Shown: positions 9,695 through 18,513 of the stretch, in pieces
How positions within the stretch are numbered: the stretch's first letter is position 1
Layout: the number at the start of each line of letters is the position of its first letter
Sequence record: NC_042013.1
Reading direction: 5' to 3' (one strand)
Length of the DNA: 64,000 nucleotides
Made by a program: the position numbers and the translations under genes
Notes under the pieces: model-generated
Told to the model about the DNA's origin: nothing
What the model saw: only the letters and a program-made list of their open reading frames with translations
Database searches by the model: none

Positions 9695-10155
9695 ACTATA
9701 AGGTTGCGGCTAAAATTTTTGGATATTTCTACGTAAAATATCTGTGGGTACATTCAATTGTAGGTCCGTTTTTTCTTAGCATCGGTTTGCTAATATTCCT
9801 AAACCCGTTGTTCTCTTGGGATATGTGGTCTACAATTTTTGGCATCATATCACTTGTCATTGCATTGGTAGTAGGTATTAAAATGGTCAATGATATTTCA
9901 AATGGTGTATCAGTTGGATATACTAATCAAGTCATTAACCAAGTCCCGTTTAGATATAAACTCACCTTTCAGCATTATCTGTCAGTTCTTCTGTACGTGT
10001 TTATCATTTCATACGGCATCTATGCAGGAATTAGCGGTGACGAAATTCTATCAAACGAAATTCGAAACCTCATAATTAAAGTCGGCATCCTTGGTACGGT
10101 TTCTTATATCGGTATCCGTAGTCGTATTAATAAGATGGAAATGAATAAGAGTTGA
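9691..10155 (+). CDS. integral membrane protein (about 4 TM)
   Basis: Four hydrophobic segments. Confidence 0.72.
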   Translation: MNYKVAAKIFGYFYVKYLWVHSIVGPFFLSIGLLIFLNPLFSWDMWSTIFGIISLVIALVVGIKMVNDISNGVSVGYTNQVINQVPFRYKLTFQHYLSVLLYVFIISYGIYAGISGDEILSNEIRNLIIKVGILGTVSYIGIRSRINKMEMNKS

Positions 10156-10193
10156 CATCTTTTAGAAATCTTGTATGATATCCTCATCGAAAA
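10152..10193 (+). promoter_or_regulatory. early promoter with ATCGAAA leader
   Basis: TTGACA-N16-TATGAT, ATCGAAAA at 10186. Confidence 0.65.
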
Positions 10194-10211
10194 ATATGGT
10201 TGAGGTAAAAA

Positions 10212-10514
10212 ATGTCAAGTGGTCTGGTATATACTTATTGGTATGACAAAAAAGGTGACATGTATAAGTATATCTTCGATTTGGATAACAATGAGAAATG
10301 GAAAGTTGATCTTGTAAGTTACGAGTGGATTAATTGCACATATAAAGGTTCAGCAGACCCACTTATGGTTTTGTTTTTTCCATATGGAATCATTGCGTAC
10401 CTGTTTTTTGGCGGCGCACCAGCTTGGATGTGGGGTGTAAAAGAAGTAGAACGTAAAAATAGCAAACATTATAGGAGGTTAATGTGTTCTGGAATAAAAA
10501 ACCAAAATCGTTAG
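10212..10514 (+). CDS. hypothetical membrane-associated protein
   Basis: GAGG RBS; hydrophobic segment. Confidence 0.65.
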   Translation: MSSGLVYTYWYDKKGDMYKYIFDLDNNEKWKVDLVSYEWINCTYKGSADPLMVLFFPYGIIAYLFFGGAPAWMWGVKEVERKNSKHYRRLMCSGIKNQNR

Positions 10515-10804
10515 GTTATTTCAAAGACAACTATATCCACGCCTATGAAGAAACGTACGGTGACACCAAAGGGTATAGCTACTTCTATTGTATGGTATTT
10601 CTCAAAGCCGCGTATAAGATCGACGTCGGTGGCGAGAATAGCGAATTTTCGGACATTCGATCTTTCGTTAAGGAAGCTGTTCGAAGGGAAAGCAGAGCTA
10701 TCCTAAACAAATTGAAACAGTCAAATAAAGACAGATTTCATTTGACGTGGAAGCTGATTGCTCTTAGACGTGTTCGAAGAGAACTTAGGAATCTAGGGGA
10801 GTAA
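10484..10804 (+). CDS. hypothetical protein, MFxxKK-LGY group
   Basis: AGGAGG RBS; resembles 31144-31497. Confidence 0.7.
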   Translation: MFWNKKPKSLGYFKDNYIHAYEETYGDTKGYSYFYCMVFLKAAYKIDVGGENSEFSDIRSFVKEAVRRESRAILNKLKQSNKDRFHLTWKLIALRRVRRELRNLGE

Positions 10805-10811
10805 TATTCCC

Positions 10812-11096
10812 CTAGATATTTTTAAATTCCACGTGATCAATAACACATTTGTATAAATCGGTATCTATTTCCTCAATAGGTATGATTCCAAATATTTTAG
10901 CCTCTCCTCCTTCATATGGAAAAGATAGCTCTGGAATTTTAATTCCTAGATAATTGACTTCTGAATGAATTAGTATAGGATTCCATTGAAACCTAGTAAA
11001 TTCAAAATAACCAGTAATGTCACTTTTTAGAGTTATATTCATAATCATTCCCTTCGTTTTAACGATCAGATGGGAAAACGCTAAAGCATTTCCCAT
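10812..11096 (-). CDS. orphan hypothetical protein (start uncertain)
   Basis: Counter-oriented ORF of up to 94 aa, very AT-rich. Confidence 0.55.
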   Translation of the reverse strand: MGNALAFSHLIVKTKGMIMNITLKSDITGYFEFTRFQWNPILIHSEVNYLGIKIPELSFPYEGGEAKIFGIIPIEEIDTDLYKCVIDHVEFKNI

Positions 11097-11275
11097 CTAA
11101 GTCGATCTTTTTTGGTATATTTCATTCATTTCATTCATTCAAAATACCAAAACGATAAAGTTTTTAAAATATAATAATTCAAAATATTATTATTAATATG
11201 CGGTATGATAGAAGGTTTTATTCCCCCGCTGGTTTGATACCAAAAAAATATTAAGGCAAATCAAACCAGCGGGGA
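11068..11275. repeat. cluster of inverted and short direct repeats, AT-rich
   Basis: AGATGGGAAA/TTTCCCATCT (11068-11098); TTTTGGTAT/ATACCAAAA (11110-11152) around TTCA repeats; perfect 15-bp IR CCCCGCTGGTTTGAT/ATCAAACCAGCGGGG (11224-11274). Confidence 0.85.
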
Positions 11276-11279
11276 TTTT

Positions 11280-11640
11280 AACATGCGTTCAAGCATATCG
11301 GGCGCATACGACATAATCTTGGCGGTTATCCTGTACCAGATGTAATGTGTCGGAAAATCTGCATTTCTGCAACAACGGTTGTGGGGCAATTTGTTTCCAC
11401 GTAATAGCTAAAAACTATGCACTCGATCTTTAGCTATCAGAAGTTCTTCAATACTAGAAGTTTACTTCTTCATTTCGCTTGCCATCAGCAAGGTGACTCT
11501 TTCGTTATCTTACTAGGAGATAACACGGCGATCCATTAACTTAAGAAATCCGGCCAAGGGCTTAAGCTAAACTACATTCCGGTCGGCTTGGAAATATAAG
11601 CCTCATCGATCAACTCACGGTATAACCTGATCTGTTTTTT
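11280..11640. ncRNA. candidate structured non-coding RNA (unclassified)
   Basis: ORF-free, GC-richer than flanks, at least 8 consecutive hairpins, U-tract at 11635-11640. Confidence 0.4.
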
Positions 11641-11751
11641 ATAAACATTCCATTGACTTAATTTATATCAAATTGTAACAATACCTAGCAATAAAAAATG
11701 GTTGACTATAGCTAAATTAATGATATTATTGATAGATTATAGGAGACGTGT

Positions 11752-12111
11752 ATGCGCCAATCAATTACATATAAAAGCTTTGCCGGATGGGATGATAAAG
11801 AGAGAAGAGACTATCTATATAGCCGAACGAATATTAAATTTGAAAACTTTCCCAATTTTGAATCTGGTATTTGTCAAGCAGTGAAAATAGATAATGGAAT
11901 TTATTGGGCGCATTATTCAAATTCATTGGAAAGCTTTTTGCCAATGAAACACGATATGAAAAATATAACTACGCTGGATTATGGATCAGTAACTGATTAT
12001 TTTCCGCAAGATTTAATACGATTAACCGTTGGAGATTGTAATAGCCCTATCATGGATAACGTTTCATTTTTTGAAATAGAAGATTTTTTGATTAAGCATT
12101 GCACAATATGA
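11752..12111 (+). CDS. family A protein (two motif copies)
   Basis: ITYKS; GIYW; LESFLPM and VTDYFPQ; AGGAG RBS. Confidence 0.72.
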   Translation: MRQSITYKSFAGWDDKERRDYLYSRTNIKFENFPNFESGICQAVKIDNGIYWAHYSNSLESFLPMKHDMKNITTLDYGSVTDYFPQDLIRLTVGDCNSPIMDNVSFFEIEDFLIKHCTI

Positions 12112-12121
12112 AAGACCAGTA

Positions 12122-12448
12122 ATGATGTATATCGTGTATAGAAGCTACGACAATTTAGATAACCTTCGTCACTCGACTATTGTTGAAAATCATTTCATAC
12201 CAGAAAGTTATCCTACTGGCGCTTGGTTCTCTGGTAATGATGAAACTGAACACGTAGAAGATTACCTTCCAATAAAATGTGTCCCATCAGAAAATGTTGA
12301 GTGCGCATTTCTATCTAATCAAAATCTAACCATCTATTCAAAGAACCAAAATCTACGCCGTCATAATCTTGAAAGACATGATGGTTGGAATATGATACAA
12401 TGGATCATACGGGTGGAAATAGAACTTTCTGATTTTGAGGCTTATTAA
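12122..12448 (+). CDS. family A protein
   Basis: IVYRS; GAW; VEDYLPI. Confidence 0.72.
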   Translation: MMYIVYRSYDNLDNLRHSTIVENHFIPESYPTGAWFSGNDETEHVEDYLPIKCVPSENVECAFLSNQNLTIYSKNQNLRRHNLERHDGWNMIQWIIRVEIELSDFEAY

Positions 12449-12774
12449 TGGTTCATTTTCAATATAAATCATTGAGTTATTTGACCGATCAAGAAATAAT
12501 GGATCATATGCTGATTTATTGGGATATGGATGAGGAGGAAACATTTGAATATAGGCGTCTGAAAACAATCATCACTACAGTAACTCCAAAAGATTACACG
12601 TGCTATCCAGACATAACTGATGTCATACCGATTGATCACGTCCCTGAGTCGATCATTAAATTTACCTATGAAATTGATACTCTGTCTTTAAGAGTATGGC
12701 AAGACCGTAAACTTCCTTTATCAATGCGGGTTGAGTTACATGAAATAGGTGAAGTTTTGGGAGAATGGAATTAA
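12448..12774 (+). CDS. family A protein
   Basis: FQYKS; ITDVIPI. Confidence 0.72.
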   Translation: MVHFQYKSLSYLTDQEIMDHMLIYWDMDEEETFEYRRLKTIITTVTPKDYTCYPDITDVIPIDHVPESIIKFTYEIDTLSLRVWQDRKLPLSMRVELHEIGEVLGEWN

Positions 12775-13124
12775 AAATGATGATTAGATATAGTAACTTG
12801 AAACATATGACAAAAACAAATGCTAAAAACCATTTGTTTAAGTACAATATAAATGGGGACGTGATTAAGAAGTTTTATAAAACTGGTATGATTTGCATGT
12901 GTATGGATGAAAATGGTGAGAAGATGTTTACCCATAACCCTGAAGAATTCATTCCATTTTCACCAAGCGAATATGTTCAAGATTTTGTATATACATTCAC
13001 TGGATATCTAAGAGTTACTTTTTATAATGATGATGGGAAAACCCCAAATACAATACCGGTTGAGAGATTTGAATACACTTATAAAGATTTGCATAATTTC
13101 TTTAAGGAGCATGTTCGTGGGTAA
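12765..13124 (+). CDS. family A protein
   Basis: PEEFIPF. Confidence 0.68.
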   Translation: MELKMMIRYSNLKHMTKTNAKNHLFKYNINGDVIKKFYKTGMICMCMDENGEKMFTHNPEEFIPFSPSEYVQDFVYTFTGYLRVTFYNDDGKTPNTIPVERFEYTYKDLHNFFKEHVRG

Positions 13125-13455
13125 ACTATCAATTGAATATAGAAGTCGTTATCATATAAAACGTCTTTATACCTCCGAGTCATATGAAAGACTTGATCGT
13201 ATGATACCAAAAGGCCAATCAGGTCTTTGGTTTTGTAAACGTAGTGATGAAAAAATAAATCCGTTTTTAAGCGATTTTGTCCCGTTTGAAATGATGGTTC
13301 CTAAAAACATTCATTATGTTTCTATTGATGAGTATGCATTGTTCATTTTCTCATCATATGGGAAATTTTCCGATAAAACTAAATTTGAAGAAAACCGTAT
13401 TGGAAATAGAATTCGTCAATGTATTGATATTATCAATAAAGGAAAATATTCATGA
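13117..13455 (+). CDS. family A protein
   Basis: IEYRS; GLW; LSDFVPF; GTG start after AAGGAG. Confidence 0.72.
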   Translation: MGKLSIEYRSRYHIKRLYTSESYERLDRMIPKGQSGLWFCKRSDEKINPFLSDFVPFEMMVPKNIHYVSIDEYALFIFSSYGKFSDKTKFEENRIGNRIRQCIDIINKGKYS

Positions 13456-13757
13456 GGTTATGGTTTGGGTATAAAAGTTATGAATATCTTAACAATATAA
13501 GCTCCTACTATGAAAAGTTTAACAAAGGAGTTTGGGATACGTATTCTCTTCATGATATGGAAGATGTATCCGAAGTTATACCATCCAATATAGATATTAA
13601 TAATTTGTTTTATGAATTGAATGTCACTGCATCATATATACAATATCGAACCGACATGGATAAGATGAATGAGTATATTCAAACATATGGATGCAGCCTG
13701 CCAGAAATTTTAGATATTATTGAGGAACTATACAATGAGGCGATTTCAAAATGTTGA
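13452..13757 (+). CDS. family A protein
   Basis: FGYKS; GVW; VSEVIPS. Confidence 0.68.
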   Translation: MRLWFGYKSYEYLNNISSYYEKFNKGVWDTYSLHDMEDVSEVIPSNIDINNLFYELNVTASYIQYRTDMDKMNEYIQTYGCSLPEILDIIEELYNEAISKC

Positions 13758-14088
13758 TTTCCGGCTGGTTTATCGTAGTTGGGACAATTTTAAAAGCATA
13801 GGAGAAAGCCTTGATTGGCATGACACCTCTTTAGAATTTGGTGCTTGGGAACTTGTTAATTTCACACACGATACCCACGAGTATACAAACGTAGTTGTTG
13901 AGACTATACCCTATACAATGCCTTATATTAATGATAAGGTTCATTTTATTAGGCTTAGTGCAAAGATGCCGAGTGTTATAAAATTAACGAATGGATACGA
14001 ACAACAATTCGGATGTGATGATGATGAAGGATGGCTTGACCGTCGCATAAATGAGTTGATTGAAATAATGGAGAAACTATGTACATAA
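13735..14088 (+). CDS. family A protein
   Basis: LVYRS; GAW; VVETIPY. Confidence 0.68.
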   Translation: MRRFQNVDFRLVYRSWDNFKSIGESLDWHDTSLEFGAWELVNFTHDTHEYTNVVVETIPYTMPYINDKVHFIRLSAKMPSVIKLTNGYEQQFGCDDDEGWLDRRINELIEIMEKLCT

Positions 14089-14306
14089 TCGAGGGTCATA
14101 TATTTCGTGTAGGTTCTACTAAATGCGGAATCTTTGATGATTTCGAAGTAGCAAAGGGTATCGTGGATAAAATGTATAATGGATACATCCGAAATGAATA
14201 TGATGAATATCTGATATACTACATGGAACCAAACGCGATAAGTGAGCCAGAGCGAATGTACGTTAAACAATCTAGAAAGTTTCAAAGTGGTAAAAAATCT
14301 TACTAA
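14079..14306 (+). CDS. hypothetical protein
   Basis: GGAG RBS. Confidence 0.6.
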   Translation: MYIIEGHIFRVGSTKCGIFDDFEVAKGIVDKMYNGYIRNEYDEYLIYYMEPNAISEPERMYVKQSRKFQSGKKSY

Positions 14307-14544
14307 GATAACGATCCTCGTCATACAAGGCACTAGAATAAGAACATCGGTGGTTAATGATGTTCGCAATATCTCCGAAATTGTACCGTATTCGTATGAT
14401 CTTACGAAAAGCATCATTGCTGAAATTAGAATATTACACGGGTCACTTACCATTTTTAGTTCCAACCACGAACGGTTTCATTATTCATCATTTGAACACT
14501 TTATGCAAAATAGCGATAAGTTTACGAAAGCTATTTTCAAATGA
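14242..14544 (+). CDS. family A protein (start uncertain)
   Basis: ISEIVPY. Confidence 0.62.
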   Translation: MSQSECTLNNLESFKVVKNLTKITILVIQGTRIRTSVVNDVRNISEIVPYSYDLTKSIIAEIRILHGSLTIFSSNHERFHYSSFEHFMQNSDKFTKAIFK

Positions 14545-14867
14545 CCCATATTTCTTTTAAAGATTTAACTAATGATTTTAAAGATAACGAAAAGTTTGTA
14601 TTCAACGAACTAATGAACGTATGGGATGTTAAATCATCCGATCTTCTTGAATATCGTTATTCTAAAAAGGTTATATATTTTTCAAGCAATTATTCCTCTT
14701 ATATAAATTCCTCTGATCCTATTGACATATTGCCTTTTGTGATGAATAATAACATAAATGATTTTGTATTATACGATGATTTATCACTGTATGTGGAATA
14801 TAAGGATGGAAAAAAATCAATATATCATATTGAGTCTGTCTATGAATTAAACAACTATTTGGGATGA
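14541..14867 (+). CDS. family A protein
   Basis: PIDILPF. Confidence 0.68.
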   Translation: MTHISFKDLTNDFKDNEKFVFNELMNVWDVKSSDLLEYRYSKKVIYFSSNYSSYINSSDPIDILPFVMNNNINDFVLYDDLSLYVEYKDGKKSIYHIESVYELNNYLG

Positions 14868-14873
14868 GGATAT

Positions 14874-15227
14874 ATGAGCGGAAGTTACCTTCATTACATG
14901 AATCTTGCGTTGAAATACCCCAATGGTAGAGAAGACGACCTTATGGAATATCTGTTGGATTATCACAGTGTTTCACAAAGATTGATACACGTTTATCTAA
15001 GTACCAAAAGATTAATTGTCTCTACTAGACCGGGGGAACAGATGACAACCCCTAATGAGACATTGATTATGCCGTTCAATGTCAACGAAGATATTATAGA
15101 AATGTTTTATAATTTTTCGGATAAACGGTTGACTGCTCATATAGTTGTTGACGGAAAAATAGAATATTTGCATAGAAACATAGAGGTTGAAGTTAGCGAT
15201 TTGGCAACGTTCATTGGACGTCGTTAA
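14874..15227 (+). CDS. probable family A protein
   Basis: TLIMPF (weak motif). Confidence 0.6.
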   Translation: MSGSYLHYMNLALKYPNGREDDLMEYLLDYHSVSQRLIHVYLSTKRLIVSTRPGEQMTTPNETLIMPFNVNEDIIEMFYNFSDKRLTAHIVVDGKIEYLHRNIEVEVSDLATFIGRR

Positions 15228-15245
15228 ACAATATAGGAGATAGTT

Positions 15246-15485
15246 ATGCGTTGGTTTCTTGTAGGTCTTTTTTTCATTATCCCTGTTTCGTTGACAAATT
15301 TCAATGATGATTATCACCCGGTGATAATGACCATCGATTGGGAATGGACGAATGAAACATTCGTTTCCGTAAACAATGAATATGTGTGTAACAACATGTG
15401 GCAAATTTTTAATCATCCACCAAAAGCAAAAGCTGAATGCCATTATTGGCCGTATGAAGAATTCAACAAGCGGAATCTTCGTTAA
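15246..15485 (+). CDS. small membrane-anchored protein
   Basis: AGGAG RBS; hydrophobic N-terminus. Confidence 0.6.
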   Translation: MRWFLVGLFFIIPVSLTNFNDDYHPVIMTIDWEWTNETFVSVNNEYVCNNMWQIFNHPPKAKAECHYWPYEEFNKRNLR

Positions 15486-15487
15486 TC

Positions 15488-15715
15488 ATGTATGCATTTA
15501 GAAGATTTGAAAATGGAATTATTTTACAAGCTATCATTGGTGAGGAATACCAATGGGATGACATTCTCCCCGTAGCTCAAAATGACACTATTCGTAAAAT
15601 TATGTATAATCCAGAAACGCATAATTTGTTGATAATATATAAAAGTCATCTGTGTAAATCGTCATTTACACAACCATTATCTTTTCACGATTTACTGAGA
15701 AAGTTAGGGGAATGA
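15488..15715 (+). CDS. family A protein
   Basis: WDDILPV. Confidence 0.68.
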   Translation: MYAFRRFENGIILQAIIGEEYQWDDILPVAQNDTIRKIMYNPETHNLLIIYKSHLCKSSFTQPLSFHDLLRKLGE

Positions 15716-15960
15716 CGTATTATGTGAAATATGATTTCAACAATTGGTTTGGGAGATTGTGGATTCATAACAATGGTGTTGGTAGACGGGAATCTGATAT
15801 TACCAACGTTTTACCAGTGGTCGTTTCGAGTTATGTTTACACGTGTGAATTCAATAACAGAACTAAAGAACTTCGATTTAATATCAACGGAAAAAACTAT
15901 TTAACTTTCGATGCTGAATATAGAGATTTTATAAACGCGTTGGCTGGAAAGAAAAAATAA
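15712..15960 (+). CDS. family A protein
   Basis: ITNVLPV. Confidence 0.68.
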   Translation: MTYYVKYDFNNWFGRLWIHNNGVGRRESDITNVLPVVVSSYVYTCEFNNRTKELRFNINGKNYLTFDAEYRDFINALAGKKK

Positions 15961-15961
15961 A

Positions 15962-16378
15962 ATGTACTACCATTGTACCTACGAACGTTTTAAAAATATA
16001 GATGATATGAATGTCGCTCTTTGGATATTCTTAGATGATGCAGATGAACTTACTTATAATCAATTAGAACAAGAATTATGTGCGTTGGTAATTCATGTAA
16101 GAGAACCGGCAGTAACAATGGCTACTGGAAAAGCAATTCATCCAACTGAGGTGCTTCCATTGGATAAAGTTGATGATAATATCATCTTTGGTGATTGGAA
16201 TTATGAAAACAATCGCGGGATTTTCAAATTTATGAAGGATGAAGTAGAATATCATTCTATTATAAGCAACTTGACTTTTGATGAATATGTGTCAATAATG
16301 TCTGGTAAACCTATTCCTGAAGATACCTTCGTACCAAAAAGGAGAAAACGTAGTGAAACTCGTAACCCGCCAAATTGA
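15962..16378 (+). CDS. family A protein
   Basis: PTEVLPL. Confidence 0.62.
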   Translation: MYYHCTYERFKNIDDMNVALWIFLDDADELTYNQLEQELCALVIHVREPAVTMATGKAIHPTEVLPLDKVDDNIIFGDWNYENNRGIFKFMKDEVEYHSIISNLTFDEYVSIMSGKPIPEDTFVPKRRKRSETRNPPN

Positions 16379-16955
16379 AATTCTTCTTGATAAAATTTCT
16401 ATTCCCGGCAACGACACTTATGTAGTCGTTTCAAGCGTCGAGGATGGTGGCGATGTTACTTACAACGTTTTTAATGAAACCCTTTATGATAACGCAAGTA
16501 CATATGACGAGTTAATGGCTGCAAAGGCGAAGCTTGTCGCTGCGGATGGTAGTAATGATGTTACCTTTCATATTATCACCGATGATCAACTGAGTATGGT
16601 AAAAAAAGGATGGTATCATTGGGATGCTTTCGGGCCTACTAATCAGTACAATGGCGGAGATCTAACCGGTTACAATGTCGTTGGATTGTGCATGAACGAT
16701 TCTACTTATTACACGTTGGACGGCAAACTCATCAATCGAACAATCAGTGTGGTGGTATTGACCGATGGTTATGACGTTCGAGAGATTGAAAAGAAATTCA
16801 ACGTTCTCGAAACTTATTCTGGTGATGATGACCAAGTTGTTAATATTCTGGTTAATATTGATGACGATCAGTATGAAGCATATTGTAAGCTTCCTTATGA
16901 AAAACAGACTGCATATCTGGTAGATATTATTGGGCTTGATTCTTGTAAAGCATGA
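16353..16955 (+). CDS. hypothetical protein
   Basis: 200-aa acidic ORF. Confidence 0.7.
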   Translation: MKLVTRQIEILLDKISIPGNDTYVVVSSVEDGGDVTYNVFNETLYDNASTYDELMAAKAKLVAADGSNDVTFHIITDDQLSMVKKGWYHWDAFGPTNQYNGGDLTGYNVVGLCMNDSTYYTLDGKLINRTISVVVLTDGYDVREIEKKFNVLETYSGDDDQVVNILVNIDDDQYEAYCKLPYEKQTAYLVDIIGLDSCKA

Positions 16956-17278
16956 TGATGTACCTCATAACGATGTCCAAATTTGATACAAATGATACAT
17001 ATGACCTTAATCTTTTGGATGGGTATATAAAAACTTTTGGTATCGTAGAAAACGTTGATGACTACTATAAAAATAAAACCATGTGTTCATTGAGCAGAGG
17101 GGCGACTATGCAGTATTCAAGTGATTTCACTGATTATATGCCATTTGTTCTAGATGATAATGTTACAGGGTTTACATATAATAGTCACAGTGGACGTTTA
17201 CTTACTTCACATAGAGGAAAAGTAACGGGGTCCGTTTGTTATGTAACATATCCTGAATTACTGGAAAATTTTAAATAA
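16952..17278 (+). CDS. family A protein
   Basis: FTDYMPF. Confidence 0.68.
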   Translation: MMMYLITMSKFDTNDTYDLNLLDGYIKTFGIVENVDDYYKNKTMCSLSRGATMQYSSDFTDYMPFVLDDNVTGFTYNSHSGRLLTSHRGKVTGSVCYVTYPELLENFK

Positions 17279-17610
17279 TGATCAATTTTATATATAAAAA
17301 CATTAAAACTATTAACAGAGATTTGCAGGTTGGTTCAATCCTAACTTATAAAAAAGTAAATGTGAATCGTGCATTGAGTGATTTTTACTTAAAACACAAT
17401 GACGAGGGTGTGTTTATTGATGGCGTTGTTTATAAATGGGATGACGTTTTTCCTTTTGAAAATACCAAAAACATTAGGCAATTTGCATTTTACCGAGTTA
17501 AAATGTTACGAATATATGTTTCTAATATTGACGAGGGTGTTTATCTTAACCTTGAAGGTAATAAAAACTGGATGACAAGAGTATTCGATGAAATTAAAAA
17601 ATATGCTTAG
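17278..17610 (+). CDS. family A protein
   Basis: WDDVFPF. Confidence 0.68.
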   Translation: MINFIYKNIKTINRDLQVGSILTYKKVNVNRALSDFYLKHNDEGVFIDGVVYKWDDVFPFENTKNIRQFAFYRVKMLRIYVSNIDEGVYLNLEGNKNWMTRVFDEIKKYA

Positions 17611-17633
17611 TGTATTATTTTTAAAATAATCTA

Positions 17634-17675
17634 TTGACAAAATTTCCAAATCATATATACATACACTATCGAAAC
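17634..17675 (+). promoter_or_regulatory. early promoter with ATCGAAAC leader
   Basis: TTGACA-N16-TATACA, ATCGAAAC 17668-17675. Confidence 0.7.
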
Positions 17676-17689
17676 GTTATAGGAGATTT

Positions 17690-18145
17690 GTGATGATTGA
17701 TTTGGGTATTAAGAATAATTCCAATGTTGTTTTCGCGATTGACACGTCCGGTGGAATTACTGAAGAAATGTTTGAAAAAGCTAAGCGGGTGATTGAGGAA
17801 AATCTCAAGTCCGTTTCTGGCGTCACCGCAACGATTGTGAACTTCGACACGATCATTCGTAATCGTACCGTTGTTGATGGGGATATTTCTCGTAGTATTT
17901 CTGGTCATAAGCTTCTTGGTCGCGGTGGAACGCTACCAAATGACGTATTCTTTGAATACAAAGATGAGCATATCGTAATGTTTTCTGATATGTTCTTTTT
18001 TGATTATTTTGATGTCATCGAAAATTCAAGCCGCCTTACGATGGCGCTTTTTCCAGCCAATTTTTACGGCGAGGATGAAAAGCCTGTATATTTTGATGTT
18101 TCTGTTTTGAAGGACGCAACCTTCAAAAAGGTGGTCGAACTTTAA
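17690..18145 (+). CDS. stand-alone vWA-like domain protein (DUF2201 C-terminal type)
   Basis: VVFAIDTSGG, IVNFDT, GRGGT, VMFSD motifs. Confidence 0.72.
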   Translation: MMIDLGIKNNSNVVFAIDTSGGITEEMFEKAKRVIEENLKSVSGVTATIVNFDTIIRNRTVVDGDISRSISGHKLLGRGGTLPNDVFFEYKDEHIVMFSDMFFFDYFDVIENSSRLTMALFPANFYGEDEKPVYFDVSVLKDATFKKVVEL

Positions 18146-18154
18146 AATAATCTA

Positions 18155-18197
18155 TTGACATTATTTTTTCGATGGTGTATAACTACATCATCGAAAC
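18155..18197 (+). promoter_or_regulatory. early promoter with ATCGAAAC leader
   Basis: TTGACA-N17-TATAAC, ATCGAAAC 18190-18197. Confidence 0.75.
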
Positions 18198-18213
18198 GTT
18201 GAAGGAGATTGTT

Positions 18214-18513
18214 ATGCAAACTGTAGCGGAATGGGTTTCATCGCATTGTCAGCACGGAACAATTGAATTTGACGATCAAATTCGTACATATGCGAATAAG
18301 AAAATTGTCAAGGAAATCGACGGTACTGTTATGGGATTTCCGCAACGTACTAAGAAATACAAGAACGTTTACAATTGGGTTCTGTTGGAAGATGGAACCT
18401 CAGTTGGTTGGAATGAATCACCTTCTCGTGGATGGTCGTTCCCTCGTTCTGGTAAAGAAATCACCGAAACGTATATTGAATTTTTCAAAACGAAAGGACT
18501 TTGGAATGACTAA
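18214..18513 (+). CDS. phage hypothetical protein
   Basis: AAGGAG RBS; WVLLEDG..VGWNESPSRGWSFP. Confidence 0.75.
   Translation: MQTVAEWVSSHCQHGTIEFDDQIRTYANKKIVKEIDGTVMGFPQRTKKYKNVYNWVLLEDGTSVGWNESPSRGWSFPRSGKEITETYIEFFKTKGLWND

Noticed and set aside
11100-11640. CRISPR array, tmRNA, RNase P or SRP RNA
   Set aside because: No regularly spaced repeat-spacer units. No T-arm/CCA end, GAGGAAAGUCC or SRP loop motif on either strand.
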